Shown: one piece after another, positions 1 through 12,791 of the stretch
Numbering within the stretch: the first letter of the stretch is position 1
Layout: the number at the start of each line of letters is the position of its first letter
Origin: Macrostomum lignano
Lineage: Eukaryota
Length of the DNA stretch: 64,000 nucleotides
Direction of reading: 5' to 3'
Assembly: GCA_002269645.1 (NCBI GenBank)
Contig: NIVC01001911.1
Span: 158,676-222,675 of the forward strand
Translations under genes and position numbers: made by a program
The notes under the pieces: generated by a model
Database searches by the model: none
Seen by the model: only the letters and a program-made list of their open reading frames with translations
Told to the model about the DNA's origin: nothing

Positions 1-905
1 TAGGATTTGAGGATAAGAAAGGAAGTGAGATAGAGGTGAGATTGGAGATGAAGGTGAAGGTGAGATTTGGGGTGGGTTGGAAGTGAGATTGGAGATTAGA
101 TAGGAGATGAGATGCAGGTGAGACTGGAGATGAGATGCAGGTGAGATTTAGGGTAAGACGGGAGGTACCATTTTTGGAGTTTAGAGATACGATGCAGATG
201 AGATTTGGGGCGACATAAAGGTGAGATTGGAGATTATATGGAGGTGAGATTAAAGATGAGATTAAGATAAGATAGGAGATGAAATGCAGGTAAGATTGGA
301 GATGAGATGCAGGTGAGATTGGAGCTGAGATGCAGGTGAGATTGGATATGAGATGCAGGTGAGATTGGATATGAGATGCAGGTGATATTGGAGATGAGAT
401 GCAGGTGAGGTTAGAGATGAGAAGCAGAAAATATTTAGGGTAAGACGGGAGGTACGATTTTTTAAGTTTAGAGATACGATGCAGATGAGATTTGGGTTGA
501 CATAAAGTTGAGATTGGAGATAAGATGGAGGTGAGATTAGATATGAGATTGAGATACAATTGGAGATGAGATGCAGATAAGATTTGGAGTGAGACGGAGG
601 TGAGATTGGCGATAAGATGGAGGTGAGATTTGGGTGAGATTGGAGATGAGATATAGGTGAGAGTGGAGAAGAGATTGGAGGTGAGATTGGAGATGAAATG
701 GGGGTGAACTTGGAGATGAGATGGAGGTGAGATTGGCGATGAGATGGAGGTGAGATTGGAGATGAGATGGAGGTGAGATTTGGGTGAGATTGGAGATGAG
801 ATATAGGTGAGATTGGAGAAGAGAATCTCGGAGGTGAGATTGAAGATGAAATGGGGGTGAAATTGGAGATGAGATGGAGGTGAGATTGGAGATGAAATGC
901 GGGAT
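1..905. repeat. Degenerate GAGAT-rich minisatellite (about 23-bp core GGAGATGAGATGCAGGTGAGATT), in the DAW1 intron downstream of exon 4
   Basis: Visible degenerate tandem repetition; best-preserved copies around 290-420. Confidence 0.85.
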
Positions 906-999
906 GAGATTTAGAATTGATTTACCTTTGTTGCCCACCTGTCCGCTATATGACCCCTATCCCTCACAGCAGCCCCCACATCGAACATGTGGAACTCAC

Positions 1000-1599
1000 C
1001 TTGACTTTCTTATCCATAGACGCGGTAGCAACCAGAGTGGCATCCCAGTTGAACACGGCGGCGGAGATCTCAGCTGTATGACTGACCAACTGTTGAGTTC
1101 GTTTGCCGCTGCGCGAGTCCCACAGGCAGACTGTGTGATCAAAACTAGCCGTTAGAACGTCCGAGCCTTGCTGACTAAACTGCATGCCGATCACTTCGGC
1201 TGTGTGCCCGTTCAATGTGCACAGCTCCACCCCGGTCTCAACGTCCCACAGTTTAGCTTGGGTATCCATTGAGCCAGTGCCCAGCATAGTAGAGGTGGGA
1301 TTAAACTGCAGAGTGACAATCTCGGCCGTGTGACCGCGAAACGTGTGATGCAGAGTGCCCCTCTCGGCAGACCACAGTTTGGCAGTTTTATCAAAACTAC
1401 CAGTGCCAATCTTGTCAGAGTAGGGCAGATTGAAGGCGATGGCGTAAACTACATTGCGATGACCTTCTAATGTGAATTTCTCCTCGCCAGATCCGGTGTC
1501 CCACACTTTGCAGGTTCGATCGTAGGAGCCGGTGATGAACTCCGTGCCGTTCTTGTTGAAGGCTACGTTTGTCAATGGCAGGATGTGGGCTCGCAGCAC
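1000..1599 (-). CDS. DAW1: Dynein assembly factor with WD repeats 1 (ODA16/WDR69), coding exon 4; gene continues beyond the window start
   Basis: Translation [34 protein letters not shown]...[12 protein letters not shown]...[10 protein letters not shown] matches DAW1 as I recall it; acceptor cag at 1602-1600, donor gtgag at 999; 600 nt, phase 0/0. Confidence 0.95.
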
Positions 1600-1694
1600 C
1601 TGGACATTGCGGTTGGAAAAATTGATTGTAGGTTGAATTGTTTGCTTTCGGTGTTTAGCTTCTAATAAGATGGATTGGCTCAGATTAATGCAAA

Positions 1695-3945
1695 AGTGTC
1701 TGCCATTCTGTCTGCCTTCTGTCCGCCATTGTGTCTGTCTTCTATCTGCCATTCTGTCTGCCATTGTGTCTGTCTTCTGTCTGCCATTGTGTCTGCCTTC
1801 TGTCTGCCATTGTGTCTGCCTTCTGTCTGCCATTGTGTCTGTCTTCTGTCTGCCATTGTGTCTGTCTTCTGTCTGCCATTCTGTCTGCCTTCTGTCTGCC
1901 ATTGTGTCTGTCTTCTGTCTGCCATTGTGTCTGCCATTGTGTCTGCCATTGTGTCTGTCTTCTGTCTGCCATTGTGTCTGCCTTCTGTCTGCCTTCTGTC
2001 TGCCATTGTGTCTGTCTTGTGTCTGCCATTGTGTCTGTCTTCTGTCTGCCATTCTGTCTGCCTTCTGTCTGCCATTGTGTCTGCCTTCTGTCTGCCATTG
2101 TGTCTGTCTTCTATCTGCCATTCTGTCTGCCATTGTGTCTGTCTTCTGTCTGCCATTGTGTCTGCCTTCTGTCTGCCATTGTGTCTGCCTTCTGTCTGCC
2201 ATTGTGTCTGTCTTCTGTCTGCCATTGTGTCTGTCTTCTGTCTGCCATTCTGTCTGCCTTCTGTCTGCCATTGTGTCTGTCTTCTGTCTGCCATTGTGTC
2301 TGCCATTGTGTCTGCCATTGTGTCTGTCTTCTGTCTGCCATTGTGTCTGCCTTCTGTCTGCCTTCTGTCTGCCATTGTGTCTGTCTTGTGTCTGCCATTG
2401 TGTCTGTCTTCTGTCTGCCATTCTGTCTGCCTTCTGTCTGCCATTGTGTCTGCCATTGTGTCTGCCATTGTGTCTGCCATTGTGTCTGTCTTCTGTCTGC
2501 CATTGTGTCTGCCTTCTGTCTGCCATCGTGTCTGACATTGTGTCTGCCATTGTGTCTGTCTGTCTGTCTGCCATTGTGTCTCTCTTCTGTCTGCCTTCTG
2601 TCTGCGCCATTGTGTCTGTCTTCTGTCTGCCATTGTGTCTGTCTTCTGTCTGCCATTGTGTCTGTCTTCTGTCTGCCATTGTGTCTGTCTGTCTGTCTGC
2701 CATTGTGTCTGTCTTCTGTTTGCCATTGTGTCTGTCTTCTGACTGCCATTGTGTCTGTCTTCTGACTGCCATTGTGTCTGTCTTCTGTTTGCCATTGTGT
2801 CTGTCTTCTGTTTGCCATTGTCTGTCTGTCTGTCTGCCATTGTGTCTCTCTTCTGTCTGCCTTCTGTCTGCGCCATTGTGTCTGTCTTCTGTCTGCCATT
2901 GTGTCTGTCTTCTGTCTGCCATTGTGTCTGTCTTCTGTCTGCCATTGTGTCTGTCTGTCTGTCTGCCATTGTGTCTGTCTTCTGTTTGCCATTGTGTCTG
3001 TCTTCTGACTGCCATTGTGTCTGTCTTCTGACTGCCATTGTGTCTGTCTTCTGTTTGCCATTGTGTCTGTCTTCTGTTTGCCATTGTCTGTCTGTCTGTC
3101 TGCCATTGTGTCTGCCTTCTGTCTGCCATTGTGTCTGTCTTCTGACTGCCATTGTGTCTGTCTTCTGACTGCCATTGTGTCTGTCTTCTGACTGCCATTG
3201 TGTCTGTCTTCTGACTGCCATTGTGTCTGTCTTCTGACTGCCATTGTGTCTGTCTTCTGACTGCCATTGTGTCTGTCTTCTGACTGCCATTGTGTCTGTC
3301 TGTTTGCCATTGTGTCTGTCTTCTGTCTGCCATTGTGTCTGTCTTCTGACTGCCATTGTGTCTGTCTTCTGACTGCCATTGTGTCTGTCTGTCTGCCATT
3401 GTGTCTGCCTTCTGTCTGCCATTGTGTCTGTCTTCTGACTGCCATTGTGTCTGTCTTCTGTCTGCCATTGTGTCTGTCTTCTGACTGCCATTGTGTCTGT
3501 CTTCTGTTTGCCATTGCGTCTGTCTGTCTGTCTTCTGTCTGTCATTGTGTCTGTCTTCTGTCTGTCATTGTGTCTGTCTGCCATTGTGTCTGTCTTCTGT
3601 CTGTCATTGTGTCTGTCTGCCATTGTGTCTGTCTGCCGCTGTGTCTGTCTTACTCTTGTCTGCCATTGTGTCAGCCGTTGTGTCTGTCTTACTTTTATGT
3701 CTACCATTGTGTCTGTCTTCTGTTTGCCATTGCGTCTGTCTGTCTGTCTTCTGTCTGTCATTGTGTCTGTCTTCTGTCTGTCATTGTGTCTGTCTGCCAT
3801 TGTGTCTGTCTTCTGTCTGTCATTGTGTCTGTCTGCCATTGTGTCTGCCTGCCATTGTGTCTGTCTGCCTGTTTGTCTGCTATTGTGTCTGCCTTCTGTC
3901 TGCCATCTGTCTCTTTTTTCTGTCTGTCTGTCTGTCTGTCACAGT
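1695..3945. repeat. About 23-bp TGTC-based minisatellite (TGTCTGCCATTGTGTCTGTCTTC and variants) filling DAW1 intron 3
   Basis: Direct tandem repetition; source of the stop-free ORFs on both strands. Confidence 0.95.
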
Positions 3946-3985
3946 GCCTGTCTTAAAGGGGCATAAGGCCGCCAGCCGATCTCAC

Positions 3986-4130
3986 CTTGAACAGGGAGAA
4001 CTGGCTGTCGTAGACTTCGGCCAGTTTCTTCTGCAGTTTGCCGACCAACTCGCGCAACTGCGGCACCCGCTTGTCAGTGATGAGCGGCTCCTTGCGGACA
4101 ATTTCCTCGATGATGCTGTCTACATTTGAA
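3986..4130 (-). CDS. DAW1: DAW1 coding exon 3 (SNVDSIIEEIVRKEPLITDKRVPQLRELVGKLQKKLAEVYDSQFSLFK)
   Basis: tttcag acceptor and gtgag donor; 145 nt; phases join exons 2 and 4 in frame; matches the DAW1 N-terminal domain. Confidence 0.9.
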
Positions 4131-4207
4131 CTGAAAGAAAAACAATAGTAAAATTAATATATTTTAGAAATTATTCTGAAGCCAAGAAAGTTAAAATTGG
4201 TACTTAC

Positions 4208-4280
4208 TGAGGCGTTAGATCCAGCAAGTCAAGCGCCTTGGTTTTCAGCTGGCCACCTTGCTCATATTCGAGAATAATTC
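4208..4280 (-). CDS. DAW1: DAW1 coding exon 2 (GIILEYEQGGQLKTKALDLLDLTP)
   Basis: ttctag acceptor and gtaagt donor; 73 nt; matches the conserved GIMLEY..G.LKTK.IDLLDL segment. Confidence 0.9.
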
Positions 4281-5858
4281 CTAGAAAAACAGATTTTTGG
4301 TAAGTTAAAAATTGTATGAGTATTAAGTTAAACAAATAGTCCAGGCATACAAAATTGCATGCAAACTAATTTTTCATCATAAATTCCAGCAGACTATTCA
4401 ATATATTTTTTAAATTAGAGATTGAAAAGCATTTGATATTTTGGAAAATTGGTCTTTTAGGATACATTTGGTTCTTAGATTAGTAGTTAAGTTGATAATA
4501 ATCAATGGTAACAGTTATATTTTAGACAGTATATGTTAATCTCAACTTGTTCTAAATTAAACTAAAGTGTTTAACAAGTTTTTTCTTCATTGCATGCATG
4601 TATAGTTAAAACAAAATATAATTTTATTATTAACTCAAAAATTAAGGTTCTATGTATTAGAAAAAGGGATTTTATACATTTTTTCATTGTTTTGTAATTT
4701 GTACGCCCTACTTTGGATTCAGAATTTAAATTTAAATGAGTAAAAAAAGTAGGTTTCTTCTATTCTACTGAAAATTTCCAAATTTAGACCAATTAGTTTA
4801 TTAACTTTTAACAAATTAATAAAAAATATAACTGAGGGACCCAAGAGAGGGGTGAAAGGGGTGGCTCTATATTTTGGAAAAAAAATTGCTAGGTCCCCCC
4901 TTTTTCTGGTCTCCCCCTAAAGGGGGTGATTTCCTCTCCCTTGCCCTTTTAGTTGTACTCACTGTAAAGCCTACTAAAGGAGCATAAAAGACCTATGCAA
5001 ACATTAGAAAAACAATAGGTAAATAAAAAGGAACTTTATAAAATTTAGGAACTTTTTAAAAAAATGAGCTATTTTTTAAACTCATTAGAATAAGCTGTAC
5101 TTTTGAGGATAAGAATTGAGAAATAAAATTGGTATAACTCATGCTTATATTACTCCTTTGTTCTTATCTAGAGCCTAATATCAGATAGGGATTTAAAGTA
5201 AATTTTGTTAATTTATTTTTTAGTTTGCTTAATATTAATCATTGAATGATATCAATATTGGACTCAAAGTGCATTGTAAAATTTATTGCTATTTATAACT
5301 TTTATAACTATAGCCATATAGGTTACTTTGAAGAACTTTATGTCAAAAAGACCCTTGCAATTAATGGCTGCAGAAAAACATGGGCATATATTAGGAGACA
5401 TGAAATCGTATCCTTTGATGACAAAAGTCTACTGGTATAAAACATTTATAACAAAGTTTTAGTGCTAATACCAATAAATAACTTTTAAAAAAAAATTTGG
5501 CCTAACTCATTAAGTGAAATATAACATTAGATAACTATCAAATATTTTGAAAGTTAGGCTCAATATTATAATTCTGTTCTGAAATTATAAACCGTGATAA
5601 TCAGATATTTCATATAACGAGCTAAGCAAAGAAAGATTGTCCTGTTGGTACAACGTACAAGTACTCATAGTCGCACTTGGTTAAAAGCGCAAATGTTTAT
5701 AAGTACTATAGTTACTAGCTAAACATAAAAGTAGACTAAATAAATACAGTATTAAGAATTTCCTACACATCGTGTTCGACAGATAAGAAGCGAGGCCTCT
5801 ATGCCTGAAAATAATTTAAGTGATAAAGTGATGACTGCTCGTGCTCAAAAAAACGTAC

Positions 5859-5898
5859 CTGGAGGGAAGTATCTCAGAAGAAACCTTTTTAGTTTCAT
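5859..5898 (-). CDS. DAW1: DAW1 coding exon 1 (MKLKRFLLRYFPPG)
   Basis: ATG at 5898, donor gtacg at 5858; matches the conserved MKLK..LLRYYPPG start; exons 1-3 total 258 nt = 86 codons. Confidence 0.9.
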
Positions 5899-5998
5899 TT
5901 TATAGATGTTAATACCGCAAAAGTAAAAAAATGAAATACAATAACTGGTCCAACTCGACTACAATACAAGTGTACTAGTTCTCCGCCAGCCAGCGAGC

Positions 5999-7403
5999 AT
6001 GCAGGGACTCCCCGAGCGACATTCAAGATCGATATTCGGAAATAACAAAAATCTCTGCTTTTAAAGCACCAAACGCCATGATTTTTTACAGAAGAAACAT
6101 CACCCACGAGATAAACCGACTTAAAAAAAATTACGGCTACAGATTGAAAGGATTTTTTACAATTTGCCAAAAACTGGTGCTTCCCTATCTCCACAATGCA
6201 TTTAGTTGATATTCGATTTCGAGTACTTCTGCTTGCTCTTTGTCGCTGAAAATTGACATGCAGGACTTCACCCAGACACTAAGCGATTATCATAACTCAA
6301 ACCGAACTCAAAGCTTCATGCTCGAGAACTATTCGGGAAAAACTGATGTTCCTATCTCCACAATGCATTAGATTGATATTCGATTTCGAGTACTTCTGCT
6401 TGCTCTCTGTCGCTGAAAATTGACATGCAGGACTTCACCCAGACACTAAGCGATTATCATAACTCAAACCGAACTCAAAGCTTCATGCTCGAGAACTATT
6501 CGAGAAAAACTGATGTTCCTATCTCCACAATGCATTAGATTGATATTCGATTTCGAGTACTTCTGCTTGCTCTCTGTCGCTGAAAATTGACATGCAGGAC
6601 TTCACCCAGACACTAAGCGATTATCATAACTCAAACCGAACTCAAAGCTTCATGCTCGAGAACTATTCGAGAAAAACTGATGTTTCTACATGTACATGTA
6701 CATGTATCTCCACAGTGCATTAGATTGGAATAAGAATTTTTTTCATTTGTGTGAATATATAGTAAGATGTTTGCATGCATGATGTACATATATTGGCTGA
6801 TTTACAATAATTTCAATTTTCAGCGACAGAGAGCAAGCAGAAGTACTCGAAATCGAATATCAACTAAATGCATTGTGGAGATAGGAACATCAGTTTTTCT
6901 CGAATAGTTCTCGAGCATGAAGCTTTGAGTTCGGTTTGAGTTATGATAATCGCTTAGTGTCTGGGTGAAGTCCTGCATGTCAATTTTCAGCGACAGAGAG
7001 CAAGCAGAAGTACTCAAAATCGAATATCAATCTAATGCATTGTGGAGATAGGAACATCAGTTTTTCCCGAATAGTTCTCGAGCATGAAGCTTTGAGTTCG
7101 GTTTGAGTTATGATAATCGCTTAGTGTCTGGGTGAAGTCCTGCATGTCAATTTTCAGCGACAGAGAGCAAGCAGAAGTACTCGAAATCGAATATCAATCT
7201 AATGCATTGTGGAGATAGGAACATCAGTTTTTGGCAAATTGTAAAAAATCCTTTCAATCTGTAGCCGTAATTTTTTTTTAAGTCGGTTTATCTCGTGGGT
7301 GATGTTTCTTCTGTAAAAAATCATGGCGTTTGGTGCTTTAAAAGCAGAGATTTTTGTTATTTCCGAATATCGATCTTGAATATCGCTCGGGGAATCCCTG
7401 CAT
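5999..7403. mobile_element. Non-autonomous foldback DNA transposon (MULE-like by its 9-bp TSD) with 167-bp internal subrepeats in both arms
   Basis: Arms 5999-6684 and 6814-7403 are reverse complements; CCAGCGAGC directly repeated at 5990-5998 and 7404-7412; subrepeat starts at 6184/6351/6518 and 6814/6981/7148. Confidence 0.85.
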
Positions 7404-7893
7404 CCAGCGAGCCTGCTTGCGCACATGAAACAAAAATTTCGTTCTGAATGCACTTTTCAAAATTTACAGACTCATTACAAATATATTGAAAACGTTAAAA
7501 ATTACACATTTTTAGAAAGCTTTGATAAAGACCTCTTTTCGGACCAAGAATACTAAGTTTTTGCATTATTTGCTCCAAAGAAAAGTTTATATTTGTTAAA
7601 AGTTTTCATAATAACGGTTTGAATTTTTTCGATTGTCGATTTCGATATGTACTTTGCAGCTATATTCTATTAAGTTGAGTTTTAATATCAGGGACGTCAC
7701 CACCGGAGAGACACGCAGAAGGATGTAAAAGCTTTGACGATATGGGCCAATATAATTTCGAGCCTACTGCGACAAAAATAAATGCCTGAATTATATGTAC
7801 ATGTATTATAATTTTGTTTGTTAACTGCAGTGTTTTCTTGATCGTCCACCGCGGTTCTCATTGCAAGCCCGCTGTTTCTAGACGTACATGTAA

Positions 7894-8398
7894 ATGTCAA
7901 GGACGACATAAATAGCTAGAAGGACGGGAAACCTCGTTTCTTGGAAAATTTTTGAAGGCAGTTTTTCGGAAAAAATACACTACGTAGATAGGAAGTTTTC
8001 ATGTTTTTCATTTTTTCATTTTTTAAATTGTTATTGCTCTTGATAGGAGGCAGACCCAGTGTTCATCTTTTTATATGTTGTGCCTTTCGTTAACTGCTCT
8101 ATCGCTCTCTGATATATAATTCGTTATATTCGTTATATATTCGTTATAAGTTCGTTACATGTACATGTATTCGTTATACAATATTCGTTATCTGCTCTTA
8201 GTAGAGAAATAACAAAGGCACAACATATAAAAAGATGAACACTGGATCTGCCTTCTATCGAAAGCAATAACGATTTTTGTGCAGAAAAAAATGAAAACTT
8301 CTTATCTCCGTAGTGAATTTTTTTCGGGAAAACCTGCCTTCTAAAAATTTTTAGGAAACGAGGTTTCCCCGTCCTTTTACCTAAGTCGTCCTTGACAT
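7894..8398. mobile_element. MITE with long imperfect inverted arms (ATGTCAAGGACGAC...GTCGTCCTTGACAT)
   Basis: Arms of about 200 bp are reverse-complementary; a related one-arm copy lies at about 34190-34335. Confidence 0.75.
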
Positions 8399-8508
8399 GT
8401 ACATTTGCATGAGTATGTAGGTATACTTTCGTCGCTTAGTGTAGCTGCTATTCTTATTGAAGTAACTTAAAACTTAACGAAACGCTACTACAGTGTAAAT
8501 ACGAATAT

Positions 8509-8509
<1 letters not shown>

Positions 8510-8550
<41 letters not shown>
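8510..8550 (+). repeat. (CAA)n microsatellite, about 14 units, abutting the LINE 5' end
   Basis: Direct reading. Confidence 0.95.
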
Positions 8551-11500
8551 CCCGTCGAACTCTACGGACGGCCTGGAGCCACGGCTTCAGCTCCTACCCG
8601 GCGCCGCGTCTACGGAAGGCATTCAACCAAATGGGTGTCGAAGAGCGCCGGAAACTCGGACACCCAGTGTCGCATCGGCTAGTCATACCACCAGCCAGCG
8701 GCAACCCTGCGACGTTTTATCCGAGGGGAAGGGTAGAGAGGTGGCCCACTACCTTCCCAAGATGCTGCTGTGTAGGGCCGGCGATGTCGAATCCAATCCT
8801 GGACCTCACCGAACCTGCAAACATCGCCACTGCGGAAAGACTCTTCGTGGCAGGTTCCTCGAATGTCCAAACTGTTACCACGGGTACCATATCCAACGTG
8901 CCTGCTCGGGCCTGACCCGTTGGGCTGCCAACGAGAAAATAGCAGCCATGATCATTTGGACACGTCTGAAAATCGGAGTAATCGACCTCGCGATGAAGCC
9001 GCGACGCTTACCGAGGCCGACCCTGATGAGAGACGCCTAAACTTGCTCACTAGACTCAAGGAAGAAAAACCCCTCTGCGGGCGGTGCAAGAAGGCCGTTC
9101 GGGTTTCCACGGTGATTTCTTGCTGCAACACGTGCGAGGCCCTTTTTCACAACGCCTGCACACCATGGCCACCCGTGACCAGATAAACCGTGAAGTCCGT
9201 GGGGGCCAATGGCGTTGCTCCAGCTTCACGGAGGCCCTTCGCCGCATGGCCCCGAACTCCCCTCCCGAGCCGGATCCAGTGTGAGCCACATTGTGAGCGC
9301 AAAAAAGGATGGAAAGGCGGAGACACACCCACTCGCCTGCTCCAGTGGAACGCGGACGGCATACGGAACAAACTTGGGGAACCGGAGGGTGCGGCGGCTG
9401 AACATCAGTTTGGTCGTCATTCAGGAGTCCAAACTAACTCGACTCCCTGGCTCGCACTCCTAATATCCCAGGCTTCTCTACTGTTCGCAAAGACCGGCGA
9501 TGCCTCCGCTCGAGTGAGACAAACAAAGGAGGAGGTCTGCTCCTCTTCATCCGCCATGACATCCCGTTTCGCAAGATCAGAGGCTGGAGCGGAAATACTG
9601 TGGAAGGATGCAGAGTAGTCATCAACTGCTCCAACAAGCTCAGCCTGGTGATCTCCAACATCTATCGCCCCCCCCATTCGGCGCTTGGCGGGTGTTGACC
9701 ATAGGGAGTGCACCCCCCCCCCCTGTCGAGACCTGGCTCAAACCGCATAAACGAGAACTCATCCTGGGCGACCTCAATCTGCATGACGTTAACTGGGGCA
9801 GTCTGCCAGACCAGTGTCCAGAGGGGAAGGCCCAGGCCTGTTTGTTCCTGCAGTGGTGCGACGCCTTCGGTTACAACATCCTGAACACCGGCGCCCCAAC
9901 GTGCCTCGATCGTCGCACCGGAGGGCAGAGCGTGCTGATCTCAGCCTTGCCAGTGCTAGTGTTGCTGATAACTGCACTTGGGAGATGCTCAACGAGCTGG
10001 GGTCCGACCATAAACCTATCTTGATCCCGCTCGACACCGACTGTCTAACCCTGGACTAGCGCCCCCGCCTCACCTGGGCCTGGCAGAAAGCTGACTGGAA
10101 CAGCTACCAGGACAGGCTCGAGGAGTGGAGCGATGGACTCAACAAAGGTACTCTTAAAGAGCAAATCGACCGTCTCTGTAAGAGAATGTCCAAGGTCGCC
10201 AACGCCAGCATCCCGATCCCGCTCAAGAAAGTCGGTGAAAATCAAAAACCGTACTGGGATGCGGAGCTTTCTCACATTCGCGAGGAAAGAAATCGGCTCA
10301 GAAACCTGGGCGATCCTGAGGTCTGGCGCAACAAAAATGCGGAGCTCAATAAGCGCTGTGCGGAAAAGAAGCAGGAGTTCTGGAAATCCTACGTTCAGGA
10401 TCTTTCCTCCTCATCCGACCCTAAGAAGATTTGGCGCACCATCAAGACCCTGGAGACTGGGGATAAGAGCACAGAAAAAAACGAGAATATGGTTGTTAAC
10501 ATGCCGACAACTTGGCAGTTGGCCTGGCTCAAGGTGTTCAACCGCTGCTGGAGCCTTGGCCACTGTCCAGGAGTCTGGAAAAAAGCCATCATAGTGCCCC
10601 TCCTTAAAGACGGGAAAGATCCCAAAGACTGCTCCAGTTTCCGGCCCGTCAGCCTTACGTCCATCTGCGTCAAGCTCATAGAGCGGATGGTGCTAGACCG
10701 GCTGATGCACTGGCTCGAGACCAACGGCACTCTGCAGCCCTGGCAAGCGGGTTTTCACCGCGGCCGGAGCTGCGAGGAACACATAGCTCGCCTCGTGAAA
10801 GAAATCCAGGACGGATGGTAAAGAAGGCCCCACTTTAAGACGTTGGCCATCCCGCTCGATTACTCAAGGGCGTTCGACCGGGTTTGGCGGGCAAAGCTTT
10901 TGGCTCGTCTTATGGACGAAGGTCTGCTCGACCGCTTTATTCGCTGGTACGCCAGCTTCCTGGAAGGGCGTCAAATCGCTGTGCGTGTCGGTGAAGAGGT
11001 CGGCAAGTGGCGCGGCCCCTCCGCGACGGGTAGCCCCAGGGGGGCCGTCAGCTCTCCTATTCTGTTTCTCCTGTATATCAATGACTGGCGGGACAAACTG
11101 GTCACCCAGGTCTGCTACGGGGGATTCGCTAACGACCTCGGCATTTGGACTACCGGTCGAAACACCAACTAGCTGGAATTTCGCATTCAGACTGCGCTAA
11201 ACCGCATTGAAGACTGGGCGGCCGACCTGAGAATCGACCTTAACCCCTCCTAGCCTGTACACGCGCGGCCGGAACGAGCGAAATCGCCCTCTTAACCTGT
11301 CGATTTCTGGCACTCGTCTCCCCACCAAACGTTAGGTCCGATACCTTGGCGTCTGGATTGACGATGGCCTGACCTTTAAGCGCCAGACGACCGAAGTTGT
11401 TTCTAAGATACACCGCCGATGCAGCATCCTCTGCGCCCTGGCCCACAGATAGTGGGGCTGGGACAGCGATACCCTCCGCACTGTCTACAAGGCGGTCGTC

Positions 11501-12790
11501 GAGTCCATCGCTTGGCATGCGGCCGCGGCTTAGATGCCTTGGCTGCCCAAAACGAGATTGGAGGAGTTGGACCGGGCCCAGCATGAAGCCCTGAGACTTT
11601 TTACCGGTCTGCTGAAGTCAACTCCCTGTGAGGCCGTCTATAAGGAAGCAAATTGCGACCCCACTAGTGTCGAGGCTAAACGGAAAGCCCTCATCGCCGT
11701 TGAAAAGGCCAAAAGAAGACCGGCCAGCGACCCTTCGCGCCAGATCTGTGAGCGCGAAGCCGACGTCCGTCTCAAAGCCAACGAGGACTCCTGGAGCAAG
11801 CTAATATAATTCTAATTAACCTCCTCCCGTTCGAGAGACTGTTGAACTCATGGGGATTCGCGCGCCTCCCTGGGAAGCGCTCAACGGCCAGGAGCGTCTT
11901 CGCCTCTTCCCTAATCTCTTCAGTCCCTGCAGCAAGTACGATGACATCCAGGTCAGGCGCGACCTCTTTGAGAAGACCTGCAGAGTGCGCCTTCCTGACA
12001 CTTGCTATAATACTGATGGATCGGCCACCGGCGGCACCCAGCTTGGCGGAGCGGCCTGGATACTGTACTGTAGCAGCCAGGACCTGATCATCCGTTCAGG
12101 GCGTGCAACGGCCGGCAGATGGTTCAGCTCCTTTAAGGCCGAGCTCCGCGCCCTCTCCCTGGCGCTGGACGACATCTTGATAGAGGGACCGCCGAATGCC
12201 GCTATCCTGACCGACAGCCAGGCCGCCATACGAGCTATCCAAGCCGACTCTACCACCACCAACAGCCTGCTCGAGGAGCCCAAAGACCTCATTCGACGCG
12301 CTATCCGGGTCACAGACATCACCATCCAGTGGATACCGGGGCACGTGGGCGTCGATGGAAATGAGCTGGCCGACCGGGAGGCCAAGCGGGCCGCGAGCCT
12401 GCCGCAGCAGCACATCCCGCTGGCGCTCGCTGCCGCCAAGAACTTGCTGCGCATGTCCGTCCCGTACCATGCAGCCCGCCCTGAAGGGTCACCTGGGGGA
12501 AGTCTACTCTGGGCGCCTTACCTTCCACGACGGCCCAAGTAATCAGAAGGTCCTCGTCTCGCAGGCCGTCGGCTTACTATAAAAAGCGTATCGGGATGAC
12601 CGACGAGGCCACCTGCAGGCTCTGCAGGACGAGGTGGACCAATTTCACCTACTGACATGTCCCGCCTAGGATTCGACACGCCGCTTGTTTGGAGTTCATA
12701 ACCTTAGCGACCTTGCCGATGGTCACTTGGTGGCGCGGCTCCTGGGTGCCCTCGATTGGGTCCCCATCTGATGGAGCCGCACTCCGCAAT
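8551..12790 (+). mobile_element. Near full-length degenerate non-LTR retrotransposon, I-group/Ingi-like: 2A peptide, 2 PHD-like fingers, APE endonuclease, RT, RNase H
   Basis: DVESNPGP (8783-8806); APE motifs LLQWNADGI, IQESK, GDLN, SDHKPI; RT motifs FRPVSLTS..VKLIER, QAGF, LDYSRAFDRV, SPILFLLYIND, FAND; RNase H motifs TDGS, ELRA, TDSQ, WIPGHVGVDGNELAD; broken by frameshifts and stops. Confidence 0.92.
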
Positions 12791-12791
12791 C

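Noticed and set aside
964-3966. 834-aa, 719-aa and other long ORFs over the DAW1 intron
   Set aside because: They are translations of a stop-free 23-bp array; only 1000-1599 is real coding sequence, bounded by canonical splice sites
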